The notes: generated from the letters alone by a model not told the origin. Numbered from the stretch's first letter, positions 19,141 through 29,497 are shown. The stretch is 64,000 nt of DNA from Candidatus Latescibacterota bacterium (GCA_965219385.1 CBDCNM010000002.1:902639-966638); one strand, 5' to 3'. Program-made: numbers and translations.

Positions 19141-20541
19141 ATGTTCAAGACCATTCTGTTTAAGGAAATCAAGGGCCATTTAAGCACAATAACCTTCGCC
19201 GTATGGCTTGGCGTCTCGTGTTTTCTGGTATGGATGGCCTTGGAGAGCGGTTATTCGAGATACGAGCAGAAGCATCAGCAATACCTCGATATGAAAAGAG
19301 AGGCCAAAGACGCCTCCAGCAAAAAATACGATGTCAACAAGCCGGAAGAGGAGCTCTTCCGGGTGCTGCGCAAGCCGTCCGTGTTGAGCACGATCGTCTA
19401 CGGGCTGGAAGGCAAGATGCCGGTCTATATGAGCGTCAATCCCAACGGCGTACGGTCCGGTTCGGGGTCGGGCACGGAGGAATCCGTGCTGAGCCTGTTT
19501 GGGGAGCTGGATTTTCTCCTGGTCATCGAGCTGATTCTCGGGCTGATGGCCGTGGTGCAGGCGGCCAGTCTGGTGTCTTCGGAGGGGGAAAACGGAACCC
19601 TGAAGCTAATTTTAGCCAACCCGGTCTCCCGCAGCACCGTCTTGCTGGGCAAGAGTATGGGCGGATACGCTGTCGTCGCCTTTGTCTTTGTGTTTTCCAC
19701 CTTTATCGGGCTTTTGCTCCTCTCGACCAGGGGGTTTCCGCTCTTCGACTCGGCTGTGCTCGCGCCGATTCTGTTGATCATGGTGGGGAGCTTGGTCTAT
19801 CTGCTGTGCATCTTTCTAGTGGGGATGATCGGTTCCATCCTGTTCCTGAATTCCCAAGTGGCCTTGGTGCTGAGTGTCTCGATCTGGGCCGCGCTGTCTT
19901 TTCTCGTGCCCAAAAGCGCCCGGACCGCGGCGGAGTTGATCCGCCCGGTAGAAGACGAGCGGACGGTTTACTTGCGTCAGAAGCACGCCCGTGAAGACCT
20001 GCTCAGGGCCCAGCACAAGGAAATGAGCGAGAATTACCCCCAGGAACTGGATCCAGGATGGCTGATGGCCAACTTCGCGACCCTGGCAGAGGAAGGCGCG
20101 GCGGTTTGGAAGAAATACAGCGACCGGATCTCCAAAGATCTGACCACCATCGCCGAGGACCACCACCGGGAGAAGAAAGCGCAGGAATCCCTGGGTAAGG
20201 TGCTGTCCCGGGTATCTCCCGCGGGCAGTTTCCGACTGCTCTTGGCCAATGTGTCCGGTACGGGCGACCAGGTGAGGTGGCGATTACTGGAAGCAGCCTG
20301 GAACTACCAGAATACAGTCAATGACAAGGTCTTCGCGAAAAAACCCTTGATCGCTGTCCAGAATATGAGTTTCCCCCATGATATGGGTGTAGAGGACCCA
20401 CCACCACCACCTCTGGTCAGGGCGCTGCCCCTCGGCAGTGTCTTAACGGAATCGACGCTAGACATAGCCTTATTATGCCTCTATGCCGTCTTGCTCTTTA
20501 TGCTGGCCTATATGCTGTTTCTGCGTCGCTCCATATTGTAA
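19141..20541 (+). CDS. ABC-2-type transporter permease
   Basis: MFKTILFKEI, SSEGENGTLKLILANPVSRSTVLLGK, multiple transmembrane helices, RVSPAGSF. Confidence 0.85.
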   Translation: MFKTILFKEIKGHLSTITFAVWLGVSCFLVWMALESGYSRYEQKHQQYLDMKREAKDASSKKYDVNKPEEELFRVLRKPSVLSTIVYGLEGKMPVYMSVNPNGVRSGSGSGTEESVLSLFGELDFLLVIELILGLMAVVQAASLVSSEGENGTLKLILANPVSRSTVLLGKSMGGYAVVAFVFVFSTFIGLLLLSTRGFPLFDSAVLAPILLIMVGSLVYLLCIFLVGMIGSILFLNSQVALVLSVSIWAALSFLVPKSARTAAELIRPVEDERTVYLRQKHAREDLLRAQHKEMSENYPQELDPGWLMANFATLAEEGAAVWKKYSDRISKDLTTIAEDHHREKKAQESLGKVLSRVSPAGSFRLLLANVSGTGDQVRWRLLEAAWNYQNTVNDKVFAKKPLIAVQNMSFPHDMGVEDPPPPPLVRALPLGSVLTESTLDIALLCLYAVLLFMLAYMLFLRRSIL

Positions 20542-20682
20542 CCCAGCACGACCATTGCGTGAGGACGGGGTGAGGGTGTATGAAACGCGTCCCTGACTGA
20601 TATTCCCCCGGAAAAATGGACCCATCAAGCGGCCCCTTTGCGTTGGTGCTGATCGAATTGAGCCGGAGAGAGATACTCCAGA

Positions 20683-20768
20683 GCAGATAGACTACTTGAC
20701 ATGGATGGTGTTTTAGGTTCATCCTGATAGTATAGAATCTGTGGGAATCCAGTCCAAAAGGAGGCGAG
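20683..20768 (+). promoter_or_regulatory. Promoter/RBS block of the ABC ATPase, copy 2 of the repeat
   Basis: TTGACA and AAGGAGG directly upstream of ATG 20770. Diverged direct repeat of 18493-18595. Confidence 0.7.
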
Positions 20769-20769
20769 C

Positions 20770-21492
20770 ATGCTGGAAATCATCGATATGTCCAAACACT
20801 ACGACGAGGTCCGGGCCGTCAACCACCTCAACCTCACCATCCAGCCGGGTGAAATCTTCACCATGCTGGGCGCCAACGGCGCCGGCAAGACCACCACCCT
20901 CATGGTGTCCCTCGGCTTTACCGAACCCACTGCCGGCACGGTCAAAATCTGCGGCATCGACGTCACTAAAGACCCCCTCGAAGCCAAAAAGCACGTGGCT
21001 TATGTGTCGGAAAATGTCATGCTCTACGGCAACTTTACCGCGCGCCAGAATCTGGACTTTTTTGCCAAGCTGGGGGGGCGCAAGAATGCCACCGACCAGG
21101 ATTACAACCAGGTCATGGAGCGGGTGGGTTTGCAGCCGGATGCCTTTAGCCGCCGGGTGAAGGGTTTTTCCAAGGGCATGCGGCAGAAGCTGGGGATTGC
21201 CATCGCGATCATGAAGGATGCCCAGGTCATCCTGCTGGACGAGCCCACCTCGGGTCTGGATCCCAAGTCGGGAGCCGAGTTTCTGCAGCTACTGGCCGAA
21301 TTGCGCGGCGAGGGCAAGGCCATCTGGATGACCACGCACGACATATTCCGGGCCAAGGAGATCGCCGATCGGATCGGCATCATGGTGGAGGGGAATCTGG
21401 TGAAAACCTTTACGCGAGAGGAACTGGAACGGGAGGACCTGGAGCGGATTTATGTAGAATACGTCAGCCGGCCCATGGAAGAGGCGGCCTGA
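20770..21492 (+). CDS. ABC transporter ATP-binding protein
   Basis: GANGAGKTT, FSKGMRQK, LLDEPTSGLD, TTHD. Confidence 0.95.
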   Translation: MLEIIDMSKHYDEVRAVNHLNLTIQPGEIFTMLGANGAGKTTTLMVSLGFTEPTAGTVKICGIDVTKDPLEAKKHVAYVSENVMLYGNFTARQNLDFFAKLGGRKNATDQDYNQVMERVGLQPDAFSRRVKGFSKGMRQKLGIAIAIMKDAQVILLDEPTSGLDPKSGAEFLQLLAELRGEGKAIWMTTHDIFRAKEIADRIGIMVEGNLVKTFTREELEREDLERIYVEYVSRPMEEAA

Positions 21493-21597
21493 GAGGCACA
21501 AACCATCTGGACAGCGCCCGGCATCCGGTCGAAATCATCAATGCCATCTACGCCGCCGCGCGCAGTGGCAAAGAAGTGAAAGCGGGAAGAACCTGAT

Positions 21598-22521
21598 ATG
21601 GCACATCACCAATTCAAACCTCAAGTCTACTACAACGCCATAGGCTGGCACGAGCCCGTCCTGCACATCGCTCCCGGCGACGCGGTTTCCACCACCACAG
21701 TGGATGCGCGCGGCTGGGATGTCCATGGCAAACAGGTGGCCGAACGCGGCAATCCCATGACCGGGCCCTTTTATGTCGATGGCGCCGAGGAGGGAGATAC
21801 CCTGGTGGTTTTCCTGGACAAACTCTATCCGAACCGCACCATGGGGTGGACCGCTACCAGTATTGCTCCAAATGTGCTGGATCCGGGGTTTGTGCCTGAA
21901 TTTGACGATGAGGTCGAGCTGGGCGAATGGGAGGTGGACCTGGAGAAGGCTACGGTCAGGCTGGTCAAACCCCAGATTCGTCTGGGGGCGCTGGAGTTGC
22001 CCCTGGCTCCGATGGTGGGTTGTTTCGGCGTGGCGCCGCCCCGGCACCAGGCCATTTCCACGGCGACTTCCTCGACCCACGGCGGCAATATGGACTACCG
22101 CGGTTTTGTCCAAGGGGTCAAGGTCTACTTCCCGGTCGCAGCGCCCGGCGCCCTGTTCCACCTCGGCGATGGCCATGCTGTCCAGGGCGATGGCGAGATC
22201 GTCGGCACGGGCGTGGAAATCTCCTTTGACGTGACCTTTACCGTGGATCTGATCAAGGACAAGAGGATCGGTTGGCCCCGGCTTGAGAACGACGAATATC
22301 TCATGACGGTGGGCAATGCCCGCCCCCTGGATCAGTGCGTGCAGCACGCTACCACGGAAATGCTGCACTGGCTGCAGGGAGATTTCGGCCTGGATGCCCG
22401 CAGCGCCCACATGTTGCTGGGGCAGTGCGTGCAATACGATATGGGCAATGTCTTCGATCCGGCCTATACCATGGTGTGCAAGGTGGCCAAGTCGGCGCTG
22501 AAGGACTTGGGGGTTTTATAG
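21598..22521 (+). CDS. Acetamidase/formamidase family protein
   Basis: NPMTGPFYVDGAEEGD, HGGNMD, GDGHAVQGDGE. Confidence 0.88.
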   Translation: MAHHQFKPQVYYNAIGWHEPVLHIAPGDAVSTTTVDARGWDVHGKQVAERGNPMTGPFYVDGAEEGDTLVVFLDKLYPNRTMGWTATSIAPNVLDPGFVPEFDDEVELGEWEVDLEKATVRLVKPQIRLGALELPLAPMVGCFGVAPPRHQAISTATSSTHGGNMDYRGFVQGVKVYFPVAAPGALFHLGDGHAVQGDGEIVGTGVEISFDVTFTVDLIKDKRIGWPRLENDEYLMTVGNARPLDQCVQHATTEMLHWLQGDFGLDARSAHMLLGQCVQYDMGNVFDPAYTMVCKVAKSALKDLGVL

Positions 22522-22523
22522 GA

Positions 22524-24041
22524 TTATAGCTCGACGATAGAATCCAGGCCTTCGGGGGGCGGCAGGACATAGCGGATAGGCTGGACGGTGCCATCTCGTC
22601 GCACTACCTGTTCGAGGTGTTTGCCCTTGACGACCGAGTGTTCGATCAGCAGATCATCGTCGATGCGACAGCCGTAGAGATAGGTGGTGCCCTTGATGGT
22701 CACGCGCTCGCCGACCCGCATGGGAAATTCATCGCTGCCGGTCATGATGACCCCGGATTCGACGCGGCTTTGAGCGCCCAGGCGCAGATTGCCTTTGAGG
22801 ATATTGCGGGCCAGGACTTGGACGCCGTCTTCCAGAACCATCTTCTGCTCCGGATAGGTGCTGAACTGGACCCCCGGACCAATCTGCACTCCTTCCCCCA
22901 GAACGATGTTTCCGCTCAGATGGCTGCGATCGCCGATCTGGACTTTGCGGTTCAACTGGACCTGGGGGCCGATGTGGACGCCTTTGCCGATAGCCATGTC
23001 CAGCGGCCCTTTGTCCTTGTCCAGGGAGACGATTTGATCGATCACTTCATCGGCGATGAAAAAATCTTCTTCGTCGGCGATGGTGATGGTGTCCCTCAGG
23101 CGTTTGTAGGCCCAGCGCCGGGCAATGGTTTCCATCTGCTGCAGCACGCTCTTGACATTGAAGGCCAGGATTTCCTCTTCGCTGGCCGCCTGCACGGCGC
23201 GCACCACTTTGCCGTGGTTGTTGAAGATCTGCACCAGATCGGTGAGCATGACCTCGCCCTGGACATTGTCGGTCTGGATCTCGGGGATATAGGTGCGCAG
23301 TTGCTTTTCCTTGAAGGCGAAAACCCCGGTGTTGATTTCGCGAATTTCGAGCAGGTTGGCGCGGGTAAAGGAATAGGTCCGGCCGTTGTAGACCACGGCG
23401 TACGGGGTTTCCGGATCCAGGCCGAGGATGTCCTCGTGTTCCTTGATCTCGATGACCTTGTCCTGGTCCGCGGCGGAAGGATTGCCGTCCTGGTCCGCGG
23501 CGGGGACGCGGAGGATGCGACCGTAATAATTTTGCTCTACCGGCCCGCTGTAGGCCCCGGTCAGGACCATCATATCGCAGGGATTATTCTCGAAGTCCCG
23601 GCGAAACTGCTCGACCGCTTTCCCGGTGAGCAGCCCCATATCCCCCAGAAAAATGTAGACATCTCTGTTTTCTCTGCTGTCGGCAAAGGCCGCCAGGGCC
23701 ACGCGCACGGCATCTCCGGTACCGGCCGGCAGTCCCAGGACCGGGTTTGCCTGGTAGGCGAAAACACGGCCCGGTTTTTCCCCGGTGGCACGAGCTACGT
23801 CTTCTGCCTTGATGCCCACGACGATGATCTGGTTGGGGCTCTCGAGTCCGTCCTGAATCGCCAGGGCCACGCGCAGCGCCGTGGGCTGGCCCCAAATCTG
23901 GTGGAGCATCTTGGAGGTCTCGGAGCGGATGCGCTTGCCGTGACCGGCGGCCAGCACAATGCCGATGCAGGGATTGTCCGGAACGATCTCGGTGCTCAGC
24001 GAGCGCAACACTTCGATGGTCTGTTCTTTTGAATCCGCCAT
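22524..24041 (-). CDS. glmU: GlmU-like nucleotidyltransferase with C-terminal beta-helix
   Basis: LAAGHGKR, GTGDAV, YYGRILR, EINTGVFAF, DNVQGE-LTD, then hexapeptide-like repeats. Divergent from typical GlmU. Confidence 0.65.
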   Translation of the reverse strand: MADSKEQTIEVLRSLSTEIVPDNPCIGIVLAAGHGKRIRSETSKMLHQIWGQPTALRVALAIQDGLESPNQIIVVGIKAEDVARATGEKPGRVFAYQANPVLGLPAGTGDAVRVALAAFADSRENRDVYIFLGDMGLLTGKAVEQFRRDFENNPCDMMVLTGAYSGPVEQNYYGRILRVPAADQDGNPSAADQDKVIEIKEHEDILGLDPETPYAVVYNGRTYSFTRANLLEIREINTGVFAFKEKQLRTYIPEIQTDNVQGEVMLTDLVQIFNNHGKVVRAVQAASEEEILAFNVKSVLQQMETIARRWAYKRLRDTITIADEEDFFIADEVIDQIVSLDKDKGPLDMAIGKGVHIGPQVQLNRKVQIGDRSHLSGNIVLGEGVQIGPGVQFSTYPEQKMVLEDGVQVLARNILKGNLRLGAQSRVESGVIMTGSDEFPMRVGERVTIKGTTYLYGCRIDDDLLIEHSVVKGKHLEQVVRRDGTVQPIRYVLPPPEGLDSIVEL

Positions 24042-24047
24042 AGAAGC

Positions 24048-26177
24048 TCAGGGCTTTGTGGGAACCTTAGCCGGGGCCGGCTGGGCGGAGCGACCATTGC
24101 CCAATACAGGGCCGAGTGGAAGATCCGGTCCCTCGCCCAGGGCGATCTGCATGAGGGCGTCCTGCAGGCACAGAGCAGGTTCCTTGGGGGCCGGGTGCAG
24201 GCGCGTATAGGTGCCGTCCGGTTGCAAAAAGCGCGCCTTGACGCGGTCCTGCAGGCACAGCAGGAGTTCGTTGTGGATCCTGTTTTTCAATTTCTGATCT
24301 TCGATGGGAAAGACCACTTCCACGCGTCCCCGCAGATTGCGGTTCATCCAGTCGGCACTGCCCGCCCAGATTTCCATGTCGCCGTCGTTGGCAAAATAGA
24401 ACACCCGGCTGTGTTCCAGATAGCGTCCAATGATGCTGTAGACCCGTATGTTCTGGCTGACGTCGGGAAGACCGGGACGCAGGCAGCAGATGCCGCGAAC
24501 GATCAGGTCGATCTCGACGCCGGCCTGCGAGGCCTGGTAGAGGGCCTGGATGATCACGGGGTCCATCAGGCCGTTCATCTTGGCGATGATGGCGGCCGGC
24601 CGGCCGGCGCGGGCGTGCTCGATCTCGCGGTCAATGCGGTAGAGCAGGCCCTTCATCAGGGTGGAAGGGGCTACCAGCAACTTCTGGAAGGTGGTCTCGC
24701 GGGAACGCGTGGTGAGCAGGTTGAAGACTTCGGCCACGTCCGCGGTGATGTCCTCGCGGGCCGTAATCAGGCCCAGGTCGGTGTAGAGACGCGCGGTGGA
24801 GGGGTTGTAATTCCCGGTCCCCAGGTGGGCGTAACGCCGCAATCCGTCCTCGTCGCGGCGCAGCAACATGGAGAGCTTGCAATGGGTCTTCAGACCCATC
24901 ACCCCGTAGATGACGTGGACCCCGCTTTCTTCGAGCCGTTTGGCCTGTTCGATATTGGAAGCCTCGTCGAACCGCGCTTTCAATTCGACCAGGGCGGTCA
25001 CTTCCTTGCCGCGTTCGGCCGCATTGATCAGGGCCTGGACAACCGGGGAATCCTCACCCGTGCGGTACAGGGTCTGCTTGAGGGCCAGGACTTTGGGGTC
25101 TACGGCGGCCATGCTGATGAAATTGATCACGGTGGTAAAGGATTCGTAAGGATGGTGGAGGAGGATATCGCCGGCGCGGATGGTCTCGAAGAAGGTTCCG
25201 GGATTGGGGGGCAGATCTTGTTCCACGGGCGCGAAGGGAGGGAGCTTCAAATCGGCGCGCGGCACATCGCTGTAGATGGTCATGACCCGATTGAGGTTGA
25301 CCGGACCATCCACGCAAAAGACTTGGTCCTGGTCCACGCCGAACTGGTTCTTCAGCAGACTCACCAGCCGCTCCGGGGCGCTGGATTCGATTTCCAGGCG
25401 CACGGTATCCCCTTTGCGGCGATTTTTCAGCTGTTCCGCTATCTCCTCAAGGAGGTTGTCGGCTTCTTCTTCGTTGACGTAGAGTTCGCTGTTGCGGGTG
25501 GCCCGGAACGAAGCCGAGTTGAGGACCTTGTAGCCGCGGAACAATTCGCTCAGCTGCAGGTCAACGATACCGGCCAGGGTGACGAAGTGGATGCCGCCGT
25601 CGCCGGTGTCGGGCAGGCGCAGGATGCGCGGCAGGACCCGGGGCACGGTGACTACGCCCAAGGCGCTCTGGCGCTTGGACTCCAGCAGGGCGCCAATGCA
25701 CAGGGCCTTGTTGAGCACGCGGGGGAAGGGATGGGACGGATCCACCACCACCGGCGTGAGGAGCGGTTCCAGTTCCTCTTTCCAGTAGTGTTTTACAAAA
25801 TTTAGATGCTTGCCTTCCAGGGCTGAACCTTCCCACAGATGGATGCCTTCGCCGGCCAGAGCCGGCAGGAGTTCACGGTTCCAGCAGCGGTACTGCGTTT
25901 CGACCAGGAAGTGGGATTTCTCGGCGATTTTTTCCAGCTGTTCGGCCGGGGTCAGTAAATCAGGTCCGGTAGGAGCGGCGCCGGCTTCCTTCAGCTGCAG
26001 AAGGCCGGCGACGCGGACCTCGAAGAACTCGTCCAGGTTGTTGGCGACGATGGCCAGGAACTTGACCCGCTCCAGGAGGGGGTTGCTCTCGTCCTGGGCT
26101 TCTTCGAGGACCCGGTAGTTGAAATCCAGCCAGGAAAGCTCGCGATTGATGTATAGGTCGGGGTCGTCGAGATTCAT
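24048..26177 (-). CDS. ppk1: Polyphosphate kinase 1
   Basis: YINRELSWLDFN, NLDEFFEVRVAG, LLHHPYESF, ELKARFDE, HLGTGNYN, RYLEHSR. Confidence 0.96.
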   Translation of the reverse strand: MNLDDPDLYINRELSWLDFNYRVLEEAQDESNPLLERVKFLAIVANNLDEFFEVRVAGLLQLKEAGAAPTGPDLLTPAEQLEKIAEKSHFLVETQYRCWNRELLPALAGEGIHLWEGSALEGKHLNFVKHYWKEELEPLLTPVVVDPSHPFPRVLNKALCIGALLESKRQSALGVVTVPRVLPRILRLPDTGDGGIHFVTLAGIVDLQLSELFRGYKVLNSASFRATRNSELYVNEEEADNLLEEIAEQLKNRRKGDTVRLEIESSAPERLVSLLKNQFGVDQDQVFCVDGPVNLNRVMTIYSDVPRADLKLPPFAPVEQDLPPNPGTFFETIRAGDILLHHPYESFTTVINFISMAAVDPKVLALKQTLYRTGEDSPVVQALINAAERGKEVTALVELKARFDEASNIEQAKRLEESGVHVIYGVMGLKTHCKLSMLLRRDEDGLRRYAHLGTGNYNPSTARLYTDLGLITAREDITADVAEVFNLLTTRSRETTFQKLLVAPSTLMKGLLYRIDREIEHARAGRPAAIIAKMNGLMDPVIIQALYQASQAGVEIDLIVRGICCLRPGLPDVSQNIRVYSIIGRYLEHSRVFYFANDGDMEIWAGSADWMNRNLRGRVEVVFPIEDQKLKNRIHNELLLCLQDRVKARFLQPDGTYTRLHPAPKEPALCLQDALMQIALGEGPDLPLGPVLGNGRSAQPAPAKVPTKP

Positions 26178-26258
26178 GGGGGAGACCTCTCGAACAACGG
26201 GTTGGGGATTTGAGGACAATTGTCAAAGGTTTAAATCTGTGGAATTCAACACGATATG

Positions 26259-27289
26259 TCAAATAAATCGCACTCCCAGTTTGACGTTTTCGCCGGGGTG
26301 GGTGGCGATTTTGGAGTACTCTTTCAGAAGGTCGTCGAAGTCCACCACGGGCTGGACCACGGGTTCGGTCTTGAGGCTGCCGTGGGCCAGGAGGCGCCAG
26401 GCCACCTCTAGGAGGCGATTTTCGTCCCAGTTGGGGTAGTCCCGGGTTGGGTTCGCTGCAGGCGCGCGAGAACACGATGCGCGGACGGTTGATATGGGCT
26501 TCGGCGCCCAGGTCCAGGCCGGCCGGATAGCTGCCCGGATAGGCCCCGGCCACGACCGTGCCGTTTGTAGGCCACGCCGCGCAGGGCCGCCTGCAGCGCC
26601 TGGTGGTGGCCGCTGTATTCGATGCACACGTCGGCACCGCGTTTGTCGGTGGCCTTCTTTATTTCGAGCCCGGCGTCGCACCTGGTCGGGTCCAGGATCA
26701 GGTCGGCGCCGCATTCCAGGGCGACCTGGCGGCGCAATTCTAGCGGCTCCACGGCCACGACCGGTTGGGCGCCGGCGAGGCGGGCCAGCTGCAGGGCCAT
26801 AAGGCCGATGGCGCCCATGCCGAAGACGGCCACGGCATCGCCGATGCGCACGTGGCCGTCGCGCACGGCACCCAGGGCAAAATCGGCCGGATCCAGGCAC
26901 ACGGCCGCCTGCCAGGGCACGCCCTCGGGAAGGGGGCGCACCCGGTCCTCGGTCCAGATGTGTTCCTCGCGGAAGAAGCTGTGCCGGAAGACCTGGTCGC
27001 CTTTGCTGAAGCGAGTGACTTCGGGTCCGGTCTCGACTACTTCGCCGACGGTCATATTGCCCAGAGGCGCGGGGTAGCTGATGGTGCCTTGGTCGTTGGC
27101 AAAGACTTTGTAGTCGCCGTCAAAACGACCGCGGGGACCGGCATATCCTTTGTAGAGGGACATTTCGGTGCCGTGTTTGGCGGCGGCGAAGAGGCTTTTG
27201 ACGCGCAATTCGCCCGGCTGTGAGGCCGGGCTTTCGTAGTGGTTGAAGGCGAGTTGTTCCGGGGCGGGGACGATTAGTTCTCTGGGCAT
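26259..27289 (-). pseudogene. Zinc-binding alcohol dehydrogenase family protein with two +1 frameshifts (real or sequencing error)
   Basis: KHGTE, GMGAIG, DVCIEYSG. The continuation GTVVAGAYPG...SRACSEPN and DYPNWDENR...KLGVRFI is split over three frames at ~26565 and ~26445. Confidence 0.8.
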
Positions 27290-27505
27290 TATCGGGCTTC
27301 CGGTTTTTATGTTATATTTTGTGTCGTTTCGAGATTTTGAATATATGCAGGGTCGGATCCGCCATCAACGAGAGAAGTAGCCATGACCGAGCGCGCCGGT
27401 TCGCCCAACTCGAGCGTCTGAGCCCTACGGGGATGTGACGCTCTGCATCCTGGGCCTGGAAGGCCGGCCGCGGAACAACGTGGCCGTTCGAAGAGGAGGG
27501 ACAGC

Positions 27506-28348
27506 ATGTATCGTTCGCTTGCCCCCGGGGCGCTAGGGGTAGAGGTCGACAGTCTGAAAGAGGGGCTGGACCTGGCGGCCCGGCACGGGTTCGCAGGGTA
27601 TCACTACGACATTTCCGAGGCGGCCGAGCTGGGGGTGGAAAAGGTGGAGAAGCTGGCCGCCTCCGCCGGGGTGCGGCTGGCGGCCTGGGGTTTTCCGCTG
27701 GCTTTCCGCGGTGGGGAGGGCGAGTACGAGGAGAGTCTGGCCCGGTTGCCGCGCCTGGCGCAGACCGCCGCCCGGCTCGGGGTTGTGCGGACCGCGACCT
27801 TTATCGTGCCCGGCTCAAATGAACTCACTTACCTTGAAAATTTTGCTCTCCACGTCCAACGCCTCGGAAGGGCCGCGGCCATCCTGGCGGAAAACAACAT
27901 CCGCCTGGGGCTAGAGTACGTGGCGCCCAGGATCTTGTGGACCAGCTTTGCGCATCCCTTTGTCCACACCATGGAACAGATGGCCGAGTTGTGCGCTGCC
28001 GTGGGCCCGAATGCCGGCTTTTTGCTGGATAGCTGGCACTGGTACACGGCGGAAGAGAGGGTTGCGCACCTACAGCGGCTGGCGCCCGAACAGGTGGTGG
28101 TGGTCCACATCAATGATGCGCCGGCCGGCGTGCCCGTGGAGCAGCAGGTGGACCATGTGCGCACCTTGCCCGGAGAGACCGGGGTCATCGATATCACCGC
28201 TTTTCTGGGCGCCCTGAAGGAGATCGGCTACGATGGGCCGGTGATGGCGGAGCCCTTCAGCGAGCGGGTGCGCCGGCTGTCCTCGGAAGATGCCTGCGCC
28301 GCCACGGCCGCAGCGCTCGACAAAGTCTGGGACCAGGCCGGTATTTAA
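27506..28348 (+). CDS. Sugar phosphate isomerase/epimerase (xylose-isomerase-like TIM barrel)
   Basis: LGLEY, LLDSWHWY, VHINDA, PGETGVID, GYDGPVMAEPF. Confidence 0.88.
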   Translation: MYRSLAPGALGVEVDSLKEGLDLAARHGFAGYHYDISEAAELGVEKVEKLAASAGVRLAAWGFPLAFRGGEGEYEESLARLPRLAQTAARLGVVRTATFIVPGSNELTYLENFALHVQRLGRAAAILAENNIRLGLEYVAPRILWTSFAHPFVHTMEQMAELCAAVGPNAGFLLDSWHWYTAEERVAHLQRLAPEQVVVVHINDAPAGVPVEQQVDHVRTLPGETGVIDITAFLGALKEIGYDGPVMAEPFSERVRRLSSEDACAATAAALDKVWDQAGI

Positions 28349-28360
28349 AGGAGTGCGGAG

Positions 28361-29497
28361 ATGAAAGGGATCCTTTCGGTTTTACTGTTCATACCCATAA
28401 GCGGCTGTACCCTGGAGGGAGGCGTAGACCATCCGAAAGAAACAAGTGCGGAGTTTTCGCAGTACCCGCAACTGGTCAAGGTCCGGCTGCCCCCGGGTTT
28501 TTCGATCCACATGTACACAGACGATGTGCCCAACGCCCGCTCCATGAGCCTGAGCCCCGATGGCACCCTGTTCGTGGGCAGCCGGGAGGCGGGCAAGGTG
28601 TACGCCGTGGTGGACCGCGACCGGGATTTCCGGGCGGATGACGTCTTCCTGCTGGACGAGGGGCGCGACAGCCCCAATGGGGTGGCGTTCCGCGACGGCG
28701 CGCTCTACGTGGCCGAGATCAGCCGGATTTTGCGCTACGACGGGATTGAAGAGCGGCTGGAGGATCCGCCCGAGCCGGTGGTGCTCAACGATGGTTTTCC
28801 AAGCGACCGGCACCACGGCTGGAAGTTCATCCGCTTTGGCCCGGACGGTCTGCTCTACGTGCCGGTGGGCGGGCCGTGCAATGTGTGCGAGGGCGACGAC
28901 CCCTATGCCTCGATCACGCGGATGAGGGCGGATGGTTCGGGCCTGGAAATCTTCGCGCGTGGGGTGCGCAACAGCGTGGGGTTCGACTGGCATCCCCAGA
29001 CCGGGGAGCTGTGGTTCACGGACAACGGCCGCGACCTCATGGGCGACGACGTGCCCCCGGACGAGCTGAATCACGCCCCGCAAGCAGGGCAGCACTTCGG
29101 CTTTCCCTACTGTCACGGCGGGGATATCCCCGATCCGCGCTTCGGCGCGGGGCGCGACTGCGGGGAGTTCGTGCCGCCGGCCCAAAACCTGGGGCCGCAC
29201 GTGGCGGCCCTGGGGATGCGGTTCTACACCGGGGCGATGTTTCCGCAGGAGTACCGTGGCCAGATCTTGATCGCCGAGCACGGCTCGTGGAACCGCTCCG
29301 AGAAGATCGGCTACCGGGTCGTGCTGGTGCGCCTGGAGGACAACCAGGCTTTGAGCTACGAGGTTTTTGCCGAGGGCTGGCTAGAGGGCCAGGAGGCCTG
29401 GGGCCGGCCGGTGGACGTGCTGGTGCTGCCGGACGGGTCCCTTCTGGTATCGGACGACCAGGCCGGGGCGATTTACAGGATTGTCTACGGGGCTTGA
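28361..29497 (+). CDS. Glucose/sorbosone dehydrogenase family (PQQ-dependent) lipoprotein
   Basis: Lipobox ISGC, HHGWKFIRFGPDG, GVRNSVGFDW, EHGSWNR, GRPVD, SDD. Confidence 0.9.
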   Translation: MKGILSVLLFIPISGCTLEGGVDHPKETSAEFSQYPQLVKVRLPPGFSIHMYTDDVPNARSMSLSPDGTLFVGSREAGKVYAVVDRDRDFRADDVFLLDEGRDSPNGVAFRDGALYVAEISRILRYDGIEERLEDPPEPVVLNDGFPSDRHHGWKFIRFGPDGLLYVPVGGPCNVCEGDDPYASITRMRADGSGLEIFARGVRNSVGFDWHPQTGELWFTDNGRDLMGDDVPPDELNHAPQAGQHFGFPYCHGGDIPDPRFGAGRDCGEFVPPAQNLGPHVAALGMRFYTGAMFPQEYRGQILIAEHGSWNRSEKIGYRVVLVRLEDNQALSYEVFAEGWLEGQEAWGRPVDVLVLPDGSLLVSDDQAGAIYRIVYGA

